Shown: positions 1 to 13,559 of the stretch, piece after piece
How the letters are laid out: every line of letters starts with the position of its first letter
Position numbering within the stretch: position 1 is the stretch's first letter
NCBI RefSeq assembly: GCF_009914755.1
Contig: NC_060925.1
Origin: the human T2T-CHM13v2.0 reference genome, Homo sapiens
Reading direction: 5' to 3' (one strand)
Length of the DNA: 64,000 nt
Translations under genes and position numbers: made by a program
Notes under the pieces: model-generated
Told to the model about the DNA's origin: nothing
Databases searched by the model: none
Seen by the model: the letters and a program-made list of their open reading frames with translations, nothing else

Positions 1-536
1 GGGCTAGTCAGGGAACGAAACTGTAAGCCAGACCAGGTGTGAGGAGGGGAGGTGATAAAAGGATTATAGGGTGGAGGAGCAGAGGCTGAGGAAGAATTGG
101 GACCTAGCTTGGCCTGGCGAGGAGGGGAGAGGTCAGATGGGTCTGTAGAAAAGGAAGATTAGAAAGACTCAGCAACGCTTGGGGTTGGGACCGAGGGGAC
201 AGGCAGGAGGGAAAGAAGGAAGATTTGGGATGAGTTGCACTGGGCACAGAGACTAGGAAGGGACTGATGTGTAAAAAATGCCTGGACGTCAGGCACCTCA
301 GACCATTTGCCCATTTTACGACAAGAATTATTTAGATCTTGTAGGATGGAAAAATTGAAAGTGCCGTTTTCCGGCTATTTGGAACTACTGTCGAGTTTGT
401 ATTGGGGTCAAGCGGCATTGCAGAAGAAAATAAGACACTTAGATTTTAGGTCAGGTGAGAGTTGAAGAGGTTTTAAGTTCTTAAGAATACAGGCTAAGAG
501 AGAAGAAGGAGGAATGGAAGGTGGAAGCTTGCCCAT
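1..536 (-). pseudogene. gag: HERV-H gag (matrix region), disrupted
   Basis: ATG at 536-534 gives MGKLPPSIPP...FFCNAA, then TGA at 410-408; gammaretrovirus-like continuation PQYKLD...PENGTFNFSILQDL carries a further stop. Confidence 0.75.
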
Positions 537-616
537 AGTGAAGGAGGCAAGCCCAGAGAAAAGAGTAGAGACACGGAGAACGGATGGCGGGTTCTTGCCC
601 TCCAGAAAAGCAGAGA

Positions 617-908
617 AGGGGTTGGGGCACGGAAATAAGGGATTGGGGCACAGAGATAAGAGGTCAGGGTGCAGAAATAAGCGATTGGGGCACAAAGATA
701 AGAGGTTGGGGTGTGGAAATAAGTGATTGGGGGGTTCTTGCCCCCTAGGAAAGTGGGACTTGCCACTAAGGGTGAAGGAGAAGGGGTTGAGGGGTACTTG
801 CCCCTGCCCCAGAAAAGTGGGAGTTGCCACTAAGGGTGAAGGAGAAGGGGTTGGGGTACTTGCCCCTTCCTCAGAAAAGCGGGACTTGCCGCTAAGGGTG
901 AAGGACCA
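617..908. repeat. HERV-H leader tandem repeats: ~21 bp units followed by three ~60 bp units
   Basis: Repeated ttggggcac(a/g)ga(a/g)ataag-like units at 617-731; three copies of ggga(c/g)ttgcc(a/g)ctaagggtgaagga at 755-905. Confidence 0.85.
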
Positions 909-1187
909 AGGCAGGCGTCCCTGCGTGGTCTGACACCTTTGAAACTTGGGTGAATAATCAGAGAGGTGTCCCTGCAATGATTAAACACCAAGGGAAGGCT
1001 GCCTTCCCAGTCCGTGACTGGCGCCGGAGTTTTGGGTCCACAGATAAAACGTGTCTCCTTTGTCTCTACCAGAAAATGAAAGGAATTGAAATTAAGAGAA
1101 GGGAGAGATTGAAGTGTGACGCCAAGATTGAAAGGAGAAAGTGGTTGAGGGATAGTGAGGGAGGTTGGAGAAGAGTAAAAAGAGGCC

Positions 1188-1195
1188 GCTTACCA
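1188..1195 (-). promoter_or_regulatory. HERV-H leader splice donor
   Basis: Minus strand reads AAATCTG|GTAAGCGGCC about 130 nt downstream of the PBS, matching my recollection of the HERV-H donor. Confidence 0.7.
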
Positions 1196-1319
1196 GATTT
1201 GAAATTGGTGAGATGTTTCTTGGGCTGGTCGGTCTGAGGACCTAATGTCGTAGGTGGATCTTTCTCACAGAGCAAAGAGCAGGAGGACGGGGGATTGATC
1301 TCCCAAGGGAGGTCCCCCG

Positions 1320-1337
1320 ATCCGAGTCACGGCACCA
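1320..1337 (-). promoter_or_regulatory. Primer binding site, tRNA-His
   Basis: Minus strand TGGTGCCGTGACTCGGAT, complementary to the tRNA-His 3' end, 2 nt from the LTR end. Confidence 0.95.
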
Positions 1338-1339
1338 AA

Positions 1340-1477
1340 TTTCATGCGCATCCGTGTGAAGAGACCACCAAACAGGCTTTGTGTGAGCAACATGGCTGTT
1401 TATTTCACCTGGGTGCAGGTGGGCTGAGTCCGAAAAGAGAGTCAGCAATGGCTTGGCTTGGGCTCAGAGGCCTGACA
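1340..1477 (-). mobile_element. LTR7-family 5' LTR with a large internal U3 deletion (138 bp remain)
   Basis: Minus strand starts TGTCAGGCCTCTGAGCCCAAGCCAAGCCA, jumps to GCTGACTCTCTTTTCGGACTCAGCCC...AATAAA... and ends GCGCATGAAA. Confidence 0.92.
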
Positions 1478-2919
1478 CTTATAAGGACACAGTTTTGTTT
1501 ATACTATAAATAAAATAATTTTTAAAAAATACGTAGTTTTATTTATTGAAAATTTTTAAAATACAAGCATACAGATAATGTTTTCCCACAACACTCTGCT
1601 TTGAGTGAGGTTTCAATTACTTTAAAATAATATTTATTTTGCAATTTTGGACTCAGAAACCTCACACTGGGAGTTTCTTCAACCATACTGTTCTGCTGTT
1701 GATAACAGTTTTTTGTCTTGAAATTTTTAATTAGAATTCTAAATTTATATACTGGGCAGAAAATGTCTATCTGAAATATTCAAGAATACTTGCTTACTGT
1801 TCTGATATTACATGCATGTGTGAGGTATGGAAATGCAGAAGGAACAGGAGATAGTACATACAGCATAGTATCTATGTGGTGTATGAATCTCCCCATCAGA
1901 GCAATTTGATCACCATGAATCTTAAGTCTTTCACAGTATCAAGTGATCTGTAAAAGATCATTAGGAAAATTGATTTTCTTAGGCTATATTTTTAAAGTGA
2001 ATATTTCCTTCTTGTTTCCTTTGTAGAACAGATATTCAGTGTTCAGTTTTTCACTTTTGTTTAGCAGTATTTTCTTCACTAAAGAATCATAATTAAAGAA
2101 AACCATTTAAAAAATTCACAAGCTCTTACAGGCTCAGAGCAATTAGGCTAGGTAATTAGAAACACGATAAAAGAGAAGCTTGGGAAAAAGATTTAAACCC
2201 CTATTGAACATTTATATTAAAAGATGAATAAGGAAGAAAGAAAATTAAAAGCATAGTTTCTATCTGGTGGGCAAAGGATAAAGCCAATTATTCTGGAACA
2301 TGTTTATTTACCTAGATTTAGTTATTCATAATACGTAGAAAAATCAGATGTGCTGGAGGAAAAAAAATAGGTGTTCCTTTTCATCTTGCAGGCAATAAAA
2401 TATTCCCACACAGGAAAAGGATTTTCTACCATAGAGCATTTTTTTTTCAGTTCTTTAAACTAAAAATTAAAGAGATATCCAATATATTTCTGATGTCAAC
2501 CAGGTAAAATTATCTACTTTGCAAATCAGAAGATAAATTTTAAGAAGAGAGCAAAAGCTTTGCATGCAGAGGCTAATCTGGGAGTAGATAGTTAATGACA
2601 TTGCAAAGGAAAACCATCCAGAAACATTTCCTTGAATGAAAAGTATGTTTCAGTTGTGCATTGTTTGGTGTCTTGAACTATTGCCACAAAGGAGATCTTC
2701 ACAAACTTCCAACAAGGAAAAGGAGAATCTAAAAAGATTAGTAAATGTAAATGTCACCTTGGTGCACTATTTGTAATCTAAAAGGAACAAACCACAATAA
2801 AACAAAAACAAATAACCTTTCCTAGTACTGAGAGAAAAGGAATTATTTTCTGCAGAATTTTTAAAATGGAAACAATGTTTTGTGTTATCAAAGTGTAGCT
2901 TCCTACTCACTTATTTAAT

Positions 2920-3301
2920 TTTTTTCTTAAGTTGGGGCACAATATACATAACATAAAATTCACCACTTTAAGCAGTTTAAGTGTACAATTTGGTGACATT
3001 AAGTACATATTCACATTACTGTGCAGTTATCACTACCATCCATCTTCAGAACTTTGTCATCATCCCCAAATACACTGTATTCATTAAACACTAACTCCTC
3101 TTTCTAACCTCCATCTACTTTCTGATAATCACCATTCTACTTTCTGTTTTTATAAATGTGACTGTCCTAGGAACCTCATAAAAGGAACCACAGAATATCT
3201 GTCCTTTAATGACTGGCTTATTTCACTCAGCGTAATGTTTCCAAGTTTAATTCATTCTGTAGCATGTGTTAGAATTTCCCTCCTTTTTTAAGTCCGAATA
3301 A
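2920..3301 (-). mobile_element. Old L1 (L1MB-like) 3' UTR, part 1
   Basis: acataacataaaattcaccact...gtgtacaatt...acattcac-type L1M 3' end in antisense; resumes after the MLT2A. Confidence 0.8.
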
Positions 3302-3306
3302 CATTC

Positions 3307-4057
<751 letters not shown>

Positions 4058-4062
4058 CATTC

Positions 4063-4425
4063 TATGGTATGTATGTAGCACATTTTGTTTATTCATTCAT
4101 TTTTCGCTAGACCCTTGGGTTGCTTCCACATTTTGGTTATTGTGAATAATATATGCTGTGAACAGGTACAAATGTCTGTTCCAGTTCCCACTTTCGCTTC
4201 TGTGGGAAAATTGCCTAGCACGGGAATTGCTGGATCATATGGTGGCTCTATGTTATTTATGCTGTTTTCTACAGCAGCTGCACCATTTTACATTCCCTCC
4301 AGCAATGCATGAGGGGTTCAATATCTCCAAGTCTTTGCCAACACTTTGTATTTTCTGTTTTATTTCTTTTCTCTTTCTAATAATAGCTATCCTAGTGGGC
4401 ATGAGGGGTTATCTCATTGTGGTTA
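4063..4425 (-). mobile_element. Old L1 (L1MB-like), part 2 (ORF2 end)
   Basis: ttgggttgcttccac...attgtgaataat...ggaattgctggatcatatgg...ctcattgtggtt, antisense L1. Confidence 0.8.
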
Positions 4426-4587
4426 TAATTCTCCCTTTTAGTATAGTAGGGTTTATAGCCAACGACATTTAATCAGTAAGAATAGATAAAAATTGAGTTT
4501 ATGACATTTCCTTTGTTCTTTCTTACCCTACATATGCCTGCAAACACTTATCTCTATAGTTGGAATTCCAGGGATATATATGGTGAA

Positions 4588-4590
<3 letters not shown>

Positions 4591-4636
<46 letters not shown>
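4591..4636. repeat. (CA)23 microsatellite
   Basis: Perfect CA run. Confidence 0.98.
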
Positions 4637-4640
<4 letters not shown>

Positions 4641-6437
4641 TTTAGATTCCATTTGACAGCAGACAAGCCCTGTTGGGATTAAACATAGTCAACATTGTAC
4701 AGATCGGATTTGAAAGCAGTTGTACTATTATCTATCATCCACCATGAGCATTTTGAAAATTATCATTGAAAATATACAACTTTCTAACTTAAGAGTCCTC
4801 CACAATAGGTGTCCTTTTAAATAAAATATCATAATTTTGACAGTGAATTAGGGGCCAGAAATATGCAGAGCAAAATGACTTTGGGCATCAGGAAAGCATT
4901 TGGTATATTTAATATGAAAGAAGTCCTGCTTGAGTCCGTCTGTTTCACAAGCAAATTAGTCAAAAGATGAATTACTTAATTTGGCTTCTTCCTGCTTCAG
5001 GCTATTTTAAATATCTCAGGTGATCTAATGCAACTGGGCAATAACATGACCAGGATTTTTATTTGCATAGCTACACTCACACTGTTATTGGCATATAATT
5101 TAAAAGTAAAGACTAAGAATTTTTTCCATTTAGGTCAAAGATCATGTTTACATTTTTATTATTTCACTAAATCCAAGGTCATAATAATCTTCATTTTATG
5201 ATTGCAGTTTAAATTGAAGAATATGTTAACATTAATTACTTAGCAAGTAAATAGATTCTTTTTTTATTTTTTGTTTGTATTTTGAATCTTTGAAATGACA
5301 CTCTTTAAAAACGTATTTGCTCAAAATATTTGACACTCATGCTTTATTTAAATAGTTGAAATCTCTATTTTTGCTCATTGAAGTTACAGAATTATAGAAT
5401 ATGTAAGCCAAAAGGAAATCAATAAATTAACTAACCATATATATATATATGCTAATTTTGAAAAACAGAGGATTAATCCTTAGCAAAGTGAATGCACAGA
5501 CTAAAGATGAGGCTCACTTGTTACATATAGGTTTGGAGTAAATTTCTGGCTGGTCACATATTAACTGCTCAGTTACTTTCCTTACATCAACTGCCATGCC
5601 ACCGTCCCCATACAAGGAAGAGTACATGAAGTAGACAGCCAGGTAGATGATATTCGAAAATCAATTTATTTAATAATACTTTAACATTCTTGTTGGAAAT
5701 CTTTCTATAAAATATATTCAGTGTTCTTGACTTTCTTAATTGATGCACAACAACCAAAAAAATTGTAACGCTCATTGTGAGTGTTGACTAATATATAATG
5801 CTACATAATATTATACTTTTTTCAGAAAAAGTATTGTGTAGGGAGCATATTTGTACTCAAATCCACATGTCTCTATTCTATTTTAAAGAAAGGCTTTGTG
5901 GCAAATGTTTATGAGCGAAGAACTTTTTACCTCCTCTTTGTGGCTGAGATCCAGAAGGCCAAGTGTGCAGAAACTCTGTCCCTGGAATAAGTGAGCTAGT
6001 CTTGAAATTATAATGGAGGAAACTTACTGCCTAGATTTTTTAACATCAAGCATGGGTGCTAAATCACAACTCATGTTTGAGGTTTCATGGAAGTGGGATT
6101 GAGACAGAAAGGGCTTCTTCCTTTGTTGGTTGTTGATGTTATACATTACTGAACTTTGTCCATAGCTATCTTACCTATTTACCTATGGCTTGAAAATCAT
6201 GAAATAGATGAAATAGACCAATACTCTAAAAATGTAATCTCCTGAATCTAATAAAATGAAGTAAACCCAATTAAGGTATTGTGGATAGTATAAATTATAA
6301 TTCCCTATGGACAAGTATCCCCTGAACTTTAAAAAATTTAGTTCAAACAATAATTTTATTCATTTATATACATTTGTTCTTACTCCATAAGGCAATTAGT
6401 AATATACCATTATTTGCAAGATGGAGATTCACAAATA

Positions 6438-7138
6438 TAGTAGTCCATCATCATATCTGTGGGTTTTCTTTCCATGATTTCAGTTACCTGAGATCACCCT
6501 CTGTCTGAAAATACTAAACGGAAGATTCCAGAAATAAGCAAGTCATATGTTTTAAATTGCATGCCATTCTGAGTAGTGTGATGAAATCTCACGCCATCCT
6601 GCTCAGTCCCACCTGGGGTGTGAATCCCCTCTTTGTCCAACTCATCCACTTAGTAAACCATTTTAGTTATCAGATTTACTGTGGCAGTATAGCAGAGCTT
6701 GAGTCAAGTAACCCTTATTTTACCTAATAATGGTCCCAGAGCACAAGAGTAGTAATGCTGGCAATTTCAATATGCCAAAGAAAAGCCATAAAGTGCTTTT
6801 GTTAAGTGGAAAGGTCAAAGTTCTTAATAAGGAAAGAAAAAACATCATATGCTGTGGTTGCTAAGATCTATGATAAGAATGAATCTTCTATTCATGAAAT
6901 TGTGAAGAAAGAATACAGATTTCCTGATAGTTTTGCTGTTATACATCAAACTGCAAAAGTTTCAGCCACAGTGCATGATAAGTGCTTCATTAAGATGGAA
7001 ATGGCATTAAATTTGTGGGTGGAAGACATGCACAGAAACCTGTTTTAACTGACGGCAATCACGTTTGGTACTATCGTTAGTTTCAGGCATCCCATGGGGT
7101 CTTAGAACATATCCCCTGCAGATAAAGGGGGACTAGTG
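6438..7138 (+). mobile_element. MER44C/D (Tigger7-derived non-autonomous DNA transposon)
   Basis: Degenerate TIRs tagtagtcc...ggactagtg, TA at left; holds the transposase N-terminal HTH remnant LIRKEKTSYAVVAKIYDKNESSIHEIVKKE (ORF 6806-7048). Confidence 0.88.
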
Positions 7139-8644
7139 TTTGCTATACTTTGCAGACGTTTTTGTCCCTGACTTTTACCATTTGATTTCCATGAACCTTT
7201 CTATAGAACTCTTATTGCAGGGACATACTCTTGAAACATATGGATACAGATGGTCCTGACAATGTTGCTTTGCAACATGATTCCTGACCTCAGCCGCAGG
7301 CTTTCCATATGCTTCTTCTGAAGGATACAGCTCTTCCTGCTCTTCCATAACCTCGGGCAGATTTGATGCTCTAATAACAGCTGGCTCTGATGCTCTCCTT
7401 TCTCTGCCTACAGTGGTGCTTCATTAGACTATGCAATACTTTGTTCAATTACACATTTAATTTACATTCTCGAAAGTTCACCGGAGACAATATTGAACTA
7501 TATCTGCCTTGGAAATAACAACTGTAAACTATCAAAACCAATATTCTATTTATTTTTTTAAAAATGTGATGATTCCAAGATTAATGTATTATTTCAGTGT
7601 TACATAAGAAAGGTAATGAAGCTTATGTCATGTGTGCTTATGAAGTATGACAGGCCAAAATGCTCACAGCAGATAAATCCATTAAGTTATGAATCCTAAT
7701 CCTATGAAAATCACTCACTCAATATTCCATTCTGGCCAATACTCCAGAATTCACTGTTTTAATCTTCATTGTAATCGTAATAATAATTGTGAATTTAGAA
7801 AAACCTAAGGGAAATAAATGATTCTCCAAATAAAAATTATGTAAACTATCCCAGTACTATATTTTAAAAAGAGACAACTATGCTATATTTTTCTTTGCAA
7901 TCTAATGCCAAATTTGTTCCAAATTTTAAAATAACTATATTGACCAATCTGAGTTTTATATGTGCACCAAACACTAAATAAGTTGTGGAATTCCAATATT
8001 TAAGGGACTTTATTCTATATACCAACAAATAATGTTTATATTGAACTTTAATTTTACTGAATATTAAAATTACCCACAGTAGGATTAATTTTTTTCTAAT
8101 ACAAGATATATGTAATTATTTTCATCAGAGTTTTTTTAATTTCATAAGCAAACGCACACAATATTACTAAAACTGTGAAGGGCTGGCTCTTTGTAGTAGG
8201 CACATACATTCTCATCAAATCAGGCCAGTATGGAAAGTTATTGTTTTTGTTTGTGGTGGTTTATTTATTTATTTTAGAGGGACAGGTATCTGGCATAAGG
8301 AAATGTACTTAGAAATATTCTTGTGGCCAGAAATTTGATAGATTCCTCTCTTTATGTATGCTTACAGCATATTGCTTAATACACATTTATTCATAATGTG
8401 CTGACCTCTGAATTTCATCCTCAGAGGTCTATGAAGTTCCACATAAATTAAGAACCTATGTTCTAAATTAGTCCCTGAATCAAGTCAGTTTATAATAAAG
8501 ATGAATATTTGAGCCATGTTGTTTTCTTTATAGTATTGCTTATTTTACTTGTAATTTTTTTCTAGCACCAGTTAAAATCATAGGTATTGGGAGTAAAAAC
8601 CTAATACACAATACTGTTGTGTATATTTTAGAGATGTTTCCTTT

Positions 8645-9135
8645 CAATCATTTATTTATTTAAAGTATTTTTATTGACCACCCATTCTGTGCTAGGTGCA
8701 GCTTAAAGCTATGGTGATATAGTGAAAAAATAATTTTAAATTTCTGCTTTTATGAAACTTACTTTATAGTAGTTGCAGGGTACAGACAATAAATGATCAC
8801 CAAAATAGCTAGATGTTGTAGTCTACTACGTGGTAATAAATGTGAAAAAAAATAAAGCAGAGAAGAATGAGAGTGATAAGGTAGCTAGAGAAAATCTCTA
8901 TGACATGGGATTTTGATAAAAAATTTAAAGGAGGTGAATGAATGCAGTGTGTAGACATCTAGAGGAAGGGCAGTCCAAGAAGAGAAACCAGCAAATGAAA
9001 AAGTCTGGAGGCAGTGGTATATCTAGAGGGCTCAAGGAACAGCAAGGAGGTTAGGGTGGCGGACCTAGTGATGGAGGGGAGAGATTGGAGAAAAGGACAG
9101 AGAGGTAACTGTGCTACAGGATAGAAGTCAGAGAA
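8645..9135 (-). mobile_element. L2 3' fragment
   Basis: tcatttatttatttaaagtatttttattgaccacc...ctgtgctaggtg antisense L2 tail, followed by purine-rich L2 body. Confidence 0.7.
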
Positions 9136-9469
9136 AATAAAAATGTCTGAATTTCAGGGCTCTATTCACTGGCTATGAGAGTTTGAGCAGGTCATTTAAA
9201 CGTCCAAGCTTTAAATCTCTATTACCCACATCCCCTGTAACTGTGGCCCTTTGACTGCTGGTGTAATGCGGAAAGTCGAGATAGTTTGGCAGATTTTATG
9301 GGTTTATGAAACTGAATATGCCATGAGAAATAAAGTTTCATCCCAAAGAGGAACTCAAGAGAGTGAATTTTTCAAAGTGAACCAGATTTTATAAGCTTCA
9401 AAATACCATTAACTTCCCAAGTTATCTTTAAGTTATTTGCTTACAAACACAATAGACACTCATATACCA

Positions 9470-11195
9470 AACTGTCCTGTCTCTCCTCTCCTACACTGAT
9501 CAAATTTTAGAGGACTTCATATTTTGCCATTTCCATATCCTATTTCCTGCCCACTCTGCAAGCCCACTCACTGAAACAAGGTTCTTTCTACTGAGGTCAT
9601 CACTGACTTCCGTATAGCTATATTTCATTTTATTTCATCCCTCAGCATCATTAAAGAAAACAGTGAAATTTTCTCACTGGAGCATTCTGCTATGGAGTGA
9701 ATGGCGCCCCACCCCCAACCCCCACAAATTCATATGTTGAAACTTTAACCCCCAATGTGATGTTATTTGAGATGAGTTATTATAACTCATAACACTTGCT
9801 AATAACTTTAGCAAGTTATTAAGGCTAGATGAATTCAAGAGTTTGGGGTCCTCATGATGAAACTAGTGTCTATAAAAAGAGGGAGAGAGAGATCACTCAG
9901 TTTCTACCATATGCAGACATAGTGGGAAGGCAGCCATCTACAAGCCAGAAAGAGGGCCCTCAACAGATCTGGCACCCTAATATGACACCCTTTTCTCAGA
10001 CTTCCTGCCCCTAGAACTATAAAATAATAAATTTCTGTTATTAAGTACCCAGTCTATGTTAGTGTCCTATTGTAACCCACACCAACTAAGACACACTCTC
10101 TTCCCTCATCTTCTAACTGGGCTTCTAATAGTGTCCTGGATGTTCTTTCTCAACTCTAGCTATTCCTGTTTTGCCTCATTTTCAGGCCATCTGACTATCT
10201 AGACCATTAAAAGACCGGGATTTCTCACAGCTCAGACACAAGCCCTCATTGCTTCTCACTGACTCTCCCTCTACAAATATGATTTATGTTAAATCTTGCT
10301 GATGGATTTGTGTTTATCTGCAAATTAACATGCCCAAAACAAAACTCATGATTTTAAAGAATGGTATAAACAATTATTCTGGGTAAAATTCAAGTCATCC
10401 TTAATACTTCTCTAACCACTCACCATCAGATCCACCACAAAATCCTCTACATTTTACTTTCTATAGAGCTTTCCAACTGAACATCTTTTCCCACCCTCAG
10501 TGCCCACTATTGGTCCAATTGTTACACCTGGCTTATAAGGACTTCCTAGTTGGTCACTCTCAAACTATTCTGCTCTGCTTTTTTGTCTATTCTCCACACT
10601 GCATTCAAAGGGGTTTGTTAAACATGCCAATCCAAGCAGGGGATTGTCCTGCTTTAAAAGCACTTCTTGTGGAGGGCCTGCAAGGTTCTCCATGGAGTGG
10701 TCCTGCTTACATCTCCTGCCTTGCTGTGTTCTCCCGCGGTCTCTGATTTCTAGACACATTGGCATGTTTAACTTCTTAAAACAAGTCTTGCATTATTTCA
10801 GTATAGTGCCTTCTAAATACTATTCTCTTTCTCTAGGTTTCCCTAGGATGTTCTTGTCTTCCTTCCTCACCAAATTAACCCTGCTGTTAAATATCACTCA
10901 TTCATCACATTTTTAACGGTGATCCCTGACTAAGTCATTTCTGCTGTAATTTATTCTTTTGGGGCCCAATCACCTCTTCTTGATGTCACTTAATGGAGTT
11001 GCTGTTTTCTATTTATTATTTATTCACATGGCTCTTTGAGCAATATTTGTCTCCCCCAGTGGACTGTGAACTTCATGGGGATATATAATATTTCTGGGTC
11101 TTTGTTTTGTTCTATTTAGTTTTTTCTCAATTTTACATGTTCAGAACTGAAGCCAGAGTCTGTCGGGTGATCAGTGCTCAATAAATAATGCTTTA
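9470..11195 (+). mobile_element. L2, interrupted by MLT1A
   Basis: Pyrimidine-rich L2 body (aacatgcccaaaac...aactcatg) ending in gtgctcaataaat. Confidence 0.65.
9688..10093 (+). mobile_element. MLT1A-type MaLR solo LTR
   Basis: TGCTATGGAGTGAAT...aaattcatatgttgaa...aataaatttctgtt...ACTAAGACA; TSD cattc/cactc. Confidence 0.85.
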
Positions 11196-11830
11196 AAGTA
11201 TGCATTAAGGGAAACAAAAATACTGGTAGTGGATATGGTGGACAGGTACTTTTCAAAGCATAGAACAGTTAAGACTTTGGACTACTATCTCAGCCTTTGA
11301 AGAACCAATAGGAGCATTTTATTTTGCAGATCTCAAGTTGCCTTATTTGTATACATCAGTGGACTATCTAAGAACCTTTGAGAAACAGTGAGATTTATAA
11401 TCAAAACAGCATGGGAAGAAACGGTGATTTTTTTTTCATTTACTTAACTAGAAAATAATAGACATTAAATTATCCAGAAATTCATACACTTCCACGTTTA
11501 CACAAACTCAGCTAAAATGAGACAGAGTAAGATTAACTGGTTCTCAGATAATCATTAAGAATAATCTTTGGATTCAGTATCATTTTTAATATTTTCACTC
11601 AGCAAAGTCCTGTCCTTATTTAGCTTCAAGGTCACTATCAGAATAACCCTATTTCAAATGTTTCTTAATTTCCTGAAGAGTGGGAGTAATGTCTTAGTAA
11701 ATAGAAGTGATTCTTGATTGGTGAGATTAGGGATACTACCTTACAGTTATATATCCATATTAAAGCAGGAGATCCTTACAGACAAATAATACATTTTACT
11801 CAGCTCATTTTTTTCAACCTGAATATATAG

Positions 11831-12191
<361 letters not shown>

Positions 12192-13559
12192 AATTCTGTT
12201 GTATTTTAAATTAAGGTTAGTATTATCAGTAACATAGAAAAATGGTGATATCTGCTCTATTAGTGAACTTAAGTGTATATGAGATATATGTTTCCAATTT
12301 AAGTAACATTTGAGAAACGGATTCATTTCTCTTTTCATGCAAGTGCTTTTGATCACTGTAATATCTCAACCTGTGATAATTTTCATGAATTTTCTCAGGT
12401 AGTTGTTTTGACAGAAAATTGTCCAGTGGAATGCTCTTCTTATCTAGCATTCCTGATATGATCTGAAATGAGCACTCTTAGAATCAAGTTAAAGGAAAAT
12501 ATTTAATTGATAGAAAATATCATATGACATTATGAAATAATCAGTGTGAAGGTGGTGTATAGACACTAATACTTTCTTGGATAACCCCAGTCTGAAAGTT
12601 CAATCATCTCACCCACACAGATTCAGATTTTAATCATTTTATCGCATCTGTAGGAAGATATAAAATATCTGGAGGCGCTTTTGCATCTGTATGTATCCCC
12701 TATCATTTTACAGATCTTCACGGTCTCACTTTTCCTAGGTTCACCCCTTCTCAGGCAAACCATTCCATACAGCAGGTGTCAAGCTGTGGAAACTGAAACC
12801 TGGCAAAGAAATCTCTCTGATTGGCCTATCAAAGGTTCCAACTATGGAGAATCATGGAATCTTGCCCTGTTTACTAACTGCCCTTCCTGTTCTCTCCTTG
12901 TAAATTTGCTTTATGGCATAGTTTTCATGCAGCAGAAGTTGGCGAGGCACCCTCTCAAAAATTTTATTATCATGTGTAGTATTCAATAAATTATAAAGAG
13001 ATGTTTTTCTCCACAACTCTTTATCTATGCCACTATTCCTACTCATCTTGCCTGCAATTAATTTTCAGCTGCTGTTACTCTTAGTGGTGGTATTCTAAGT
13101 ATCTAGTGGAAAAGAAACTATTCCTGTGAGGATTATATAAGATTAAAATGTTATAGTCTATCTTTAAAACGTTTGATTTCCTTATTAAATTATTTTTGCA
13201 TTTTTTATGTTAAAGAATAATTATATTTTAATTTAATCTTATTTAATATTATTGTTAAAATGTAGTAAAATATAGTTTCTGATTTAAGGTCATAGAACAG
13301 TATCTAATATCCTCTATGGAACTTATCTCCTACCTGTCTCATGAGAGAGAGATGAAAGATGACTTATCTTGAATAAATTATAATTTTCAATTTGATCTTT
13401 TACAAGTGATTAAAACTATAAAGAAATTACTATGATTTATATTTAGTCAGACAAAAACACTAGATACAAATTATGGATGATTAAAAAGAAGTAACAATTT
13501 AATTAAGACATCCATAGAATGCTTGTTTTTACAAGCCAGAATTATTAGAGGCAATGCAT

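Larger units (their letters stand above)
1..1339 (-). mobile_element. HERV-H internal region (5' leader and gag), running off the left window edge
   Basis: His-tRNA PBS next to an LTR7 end, HERV-H leader repeats, splice donor, and gag N-terminus MGKLPPSIPPSSLLACILKNLKPLQLSPDLKSKCLIFFCNAA. Confidence 0.95.

Noticed and set aside
617-908. Repeat-spacer-like periodicity (CRISPR-like)
   Set aside because: Tandem repeats of the HERV-H leader with no unique spacers; eukaryotic context
408-977. 189 aa Pro-rich ORF in HERV-H
   Set aside because: Read-through of repetitive leader from a non-ATG start into gag, ending at a premature stop; no sign of a distinct gene
5581-5705. Minus-strand exon-like segment (ttttatag ... 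gtaag)
   Set aside because: All three frames contain a stop; no partner exon identified
6772-7048. Transposase-like HTH ORF
   Set aside because: Frameshifted internal remnant of MER44/Tigger7, not a domesticated gene
7170-7410. Two overlapping stop-free minus-strand frames of ~70 codons after a weak AG (e.g. RERRASEPAVIRASNLPEVMEEQEELYP)
   Set aside because: No recognisable protein, weak acceptor and no linked exons; needs tBLASTn or conservation data
12226-13050. Short ORFs and splice-acceptor-like sites in unique sequence
   Set aside because: No recognisable domain or consistent exon structure on either strand
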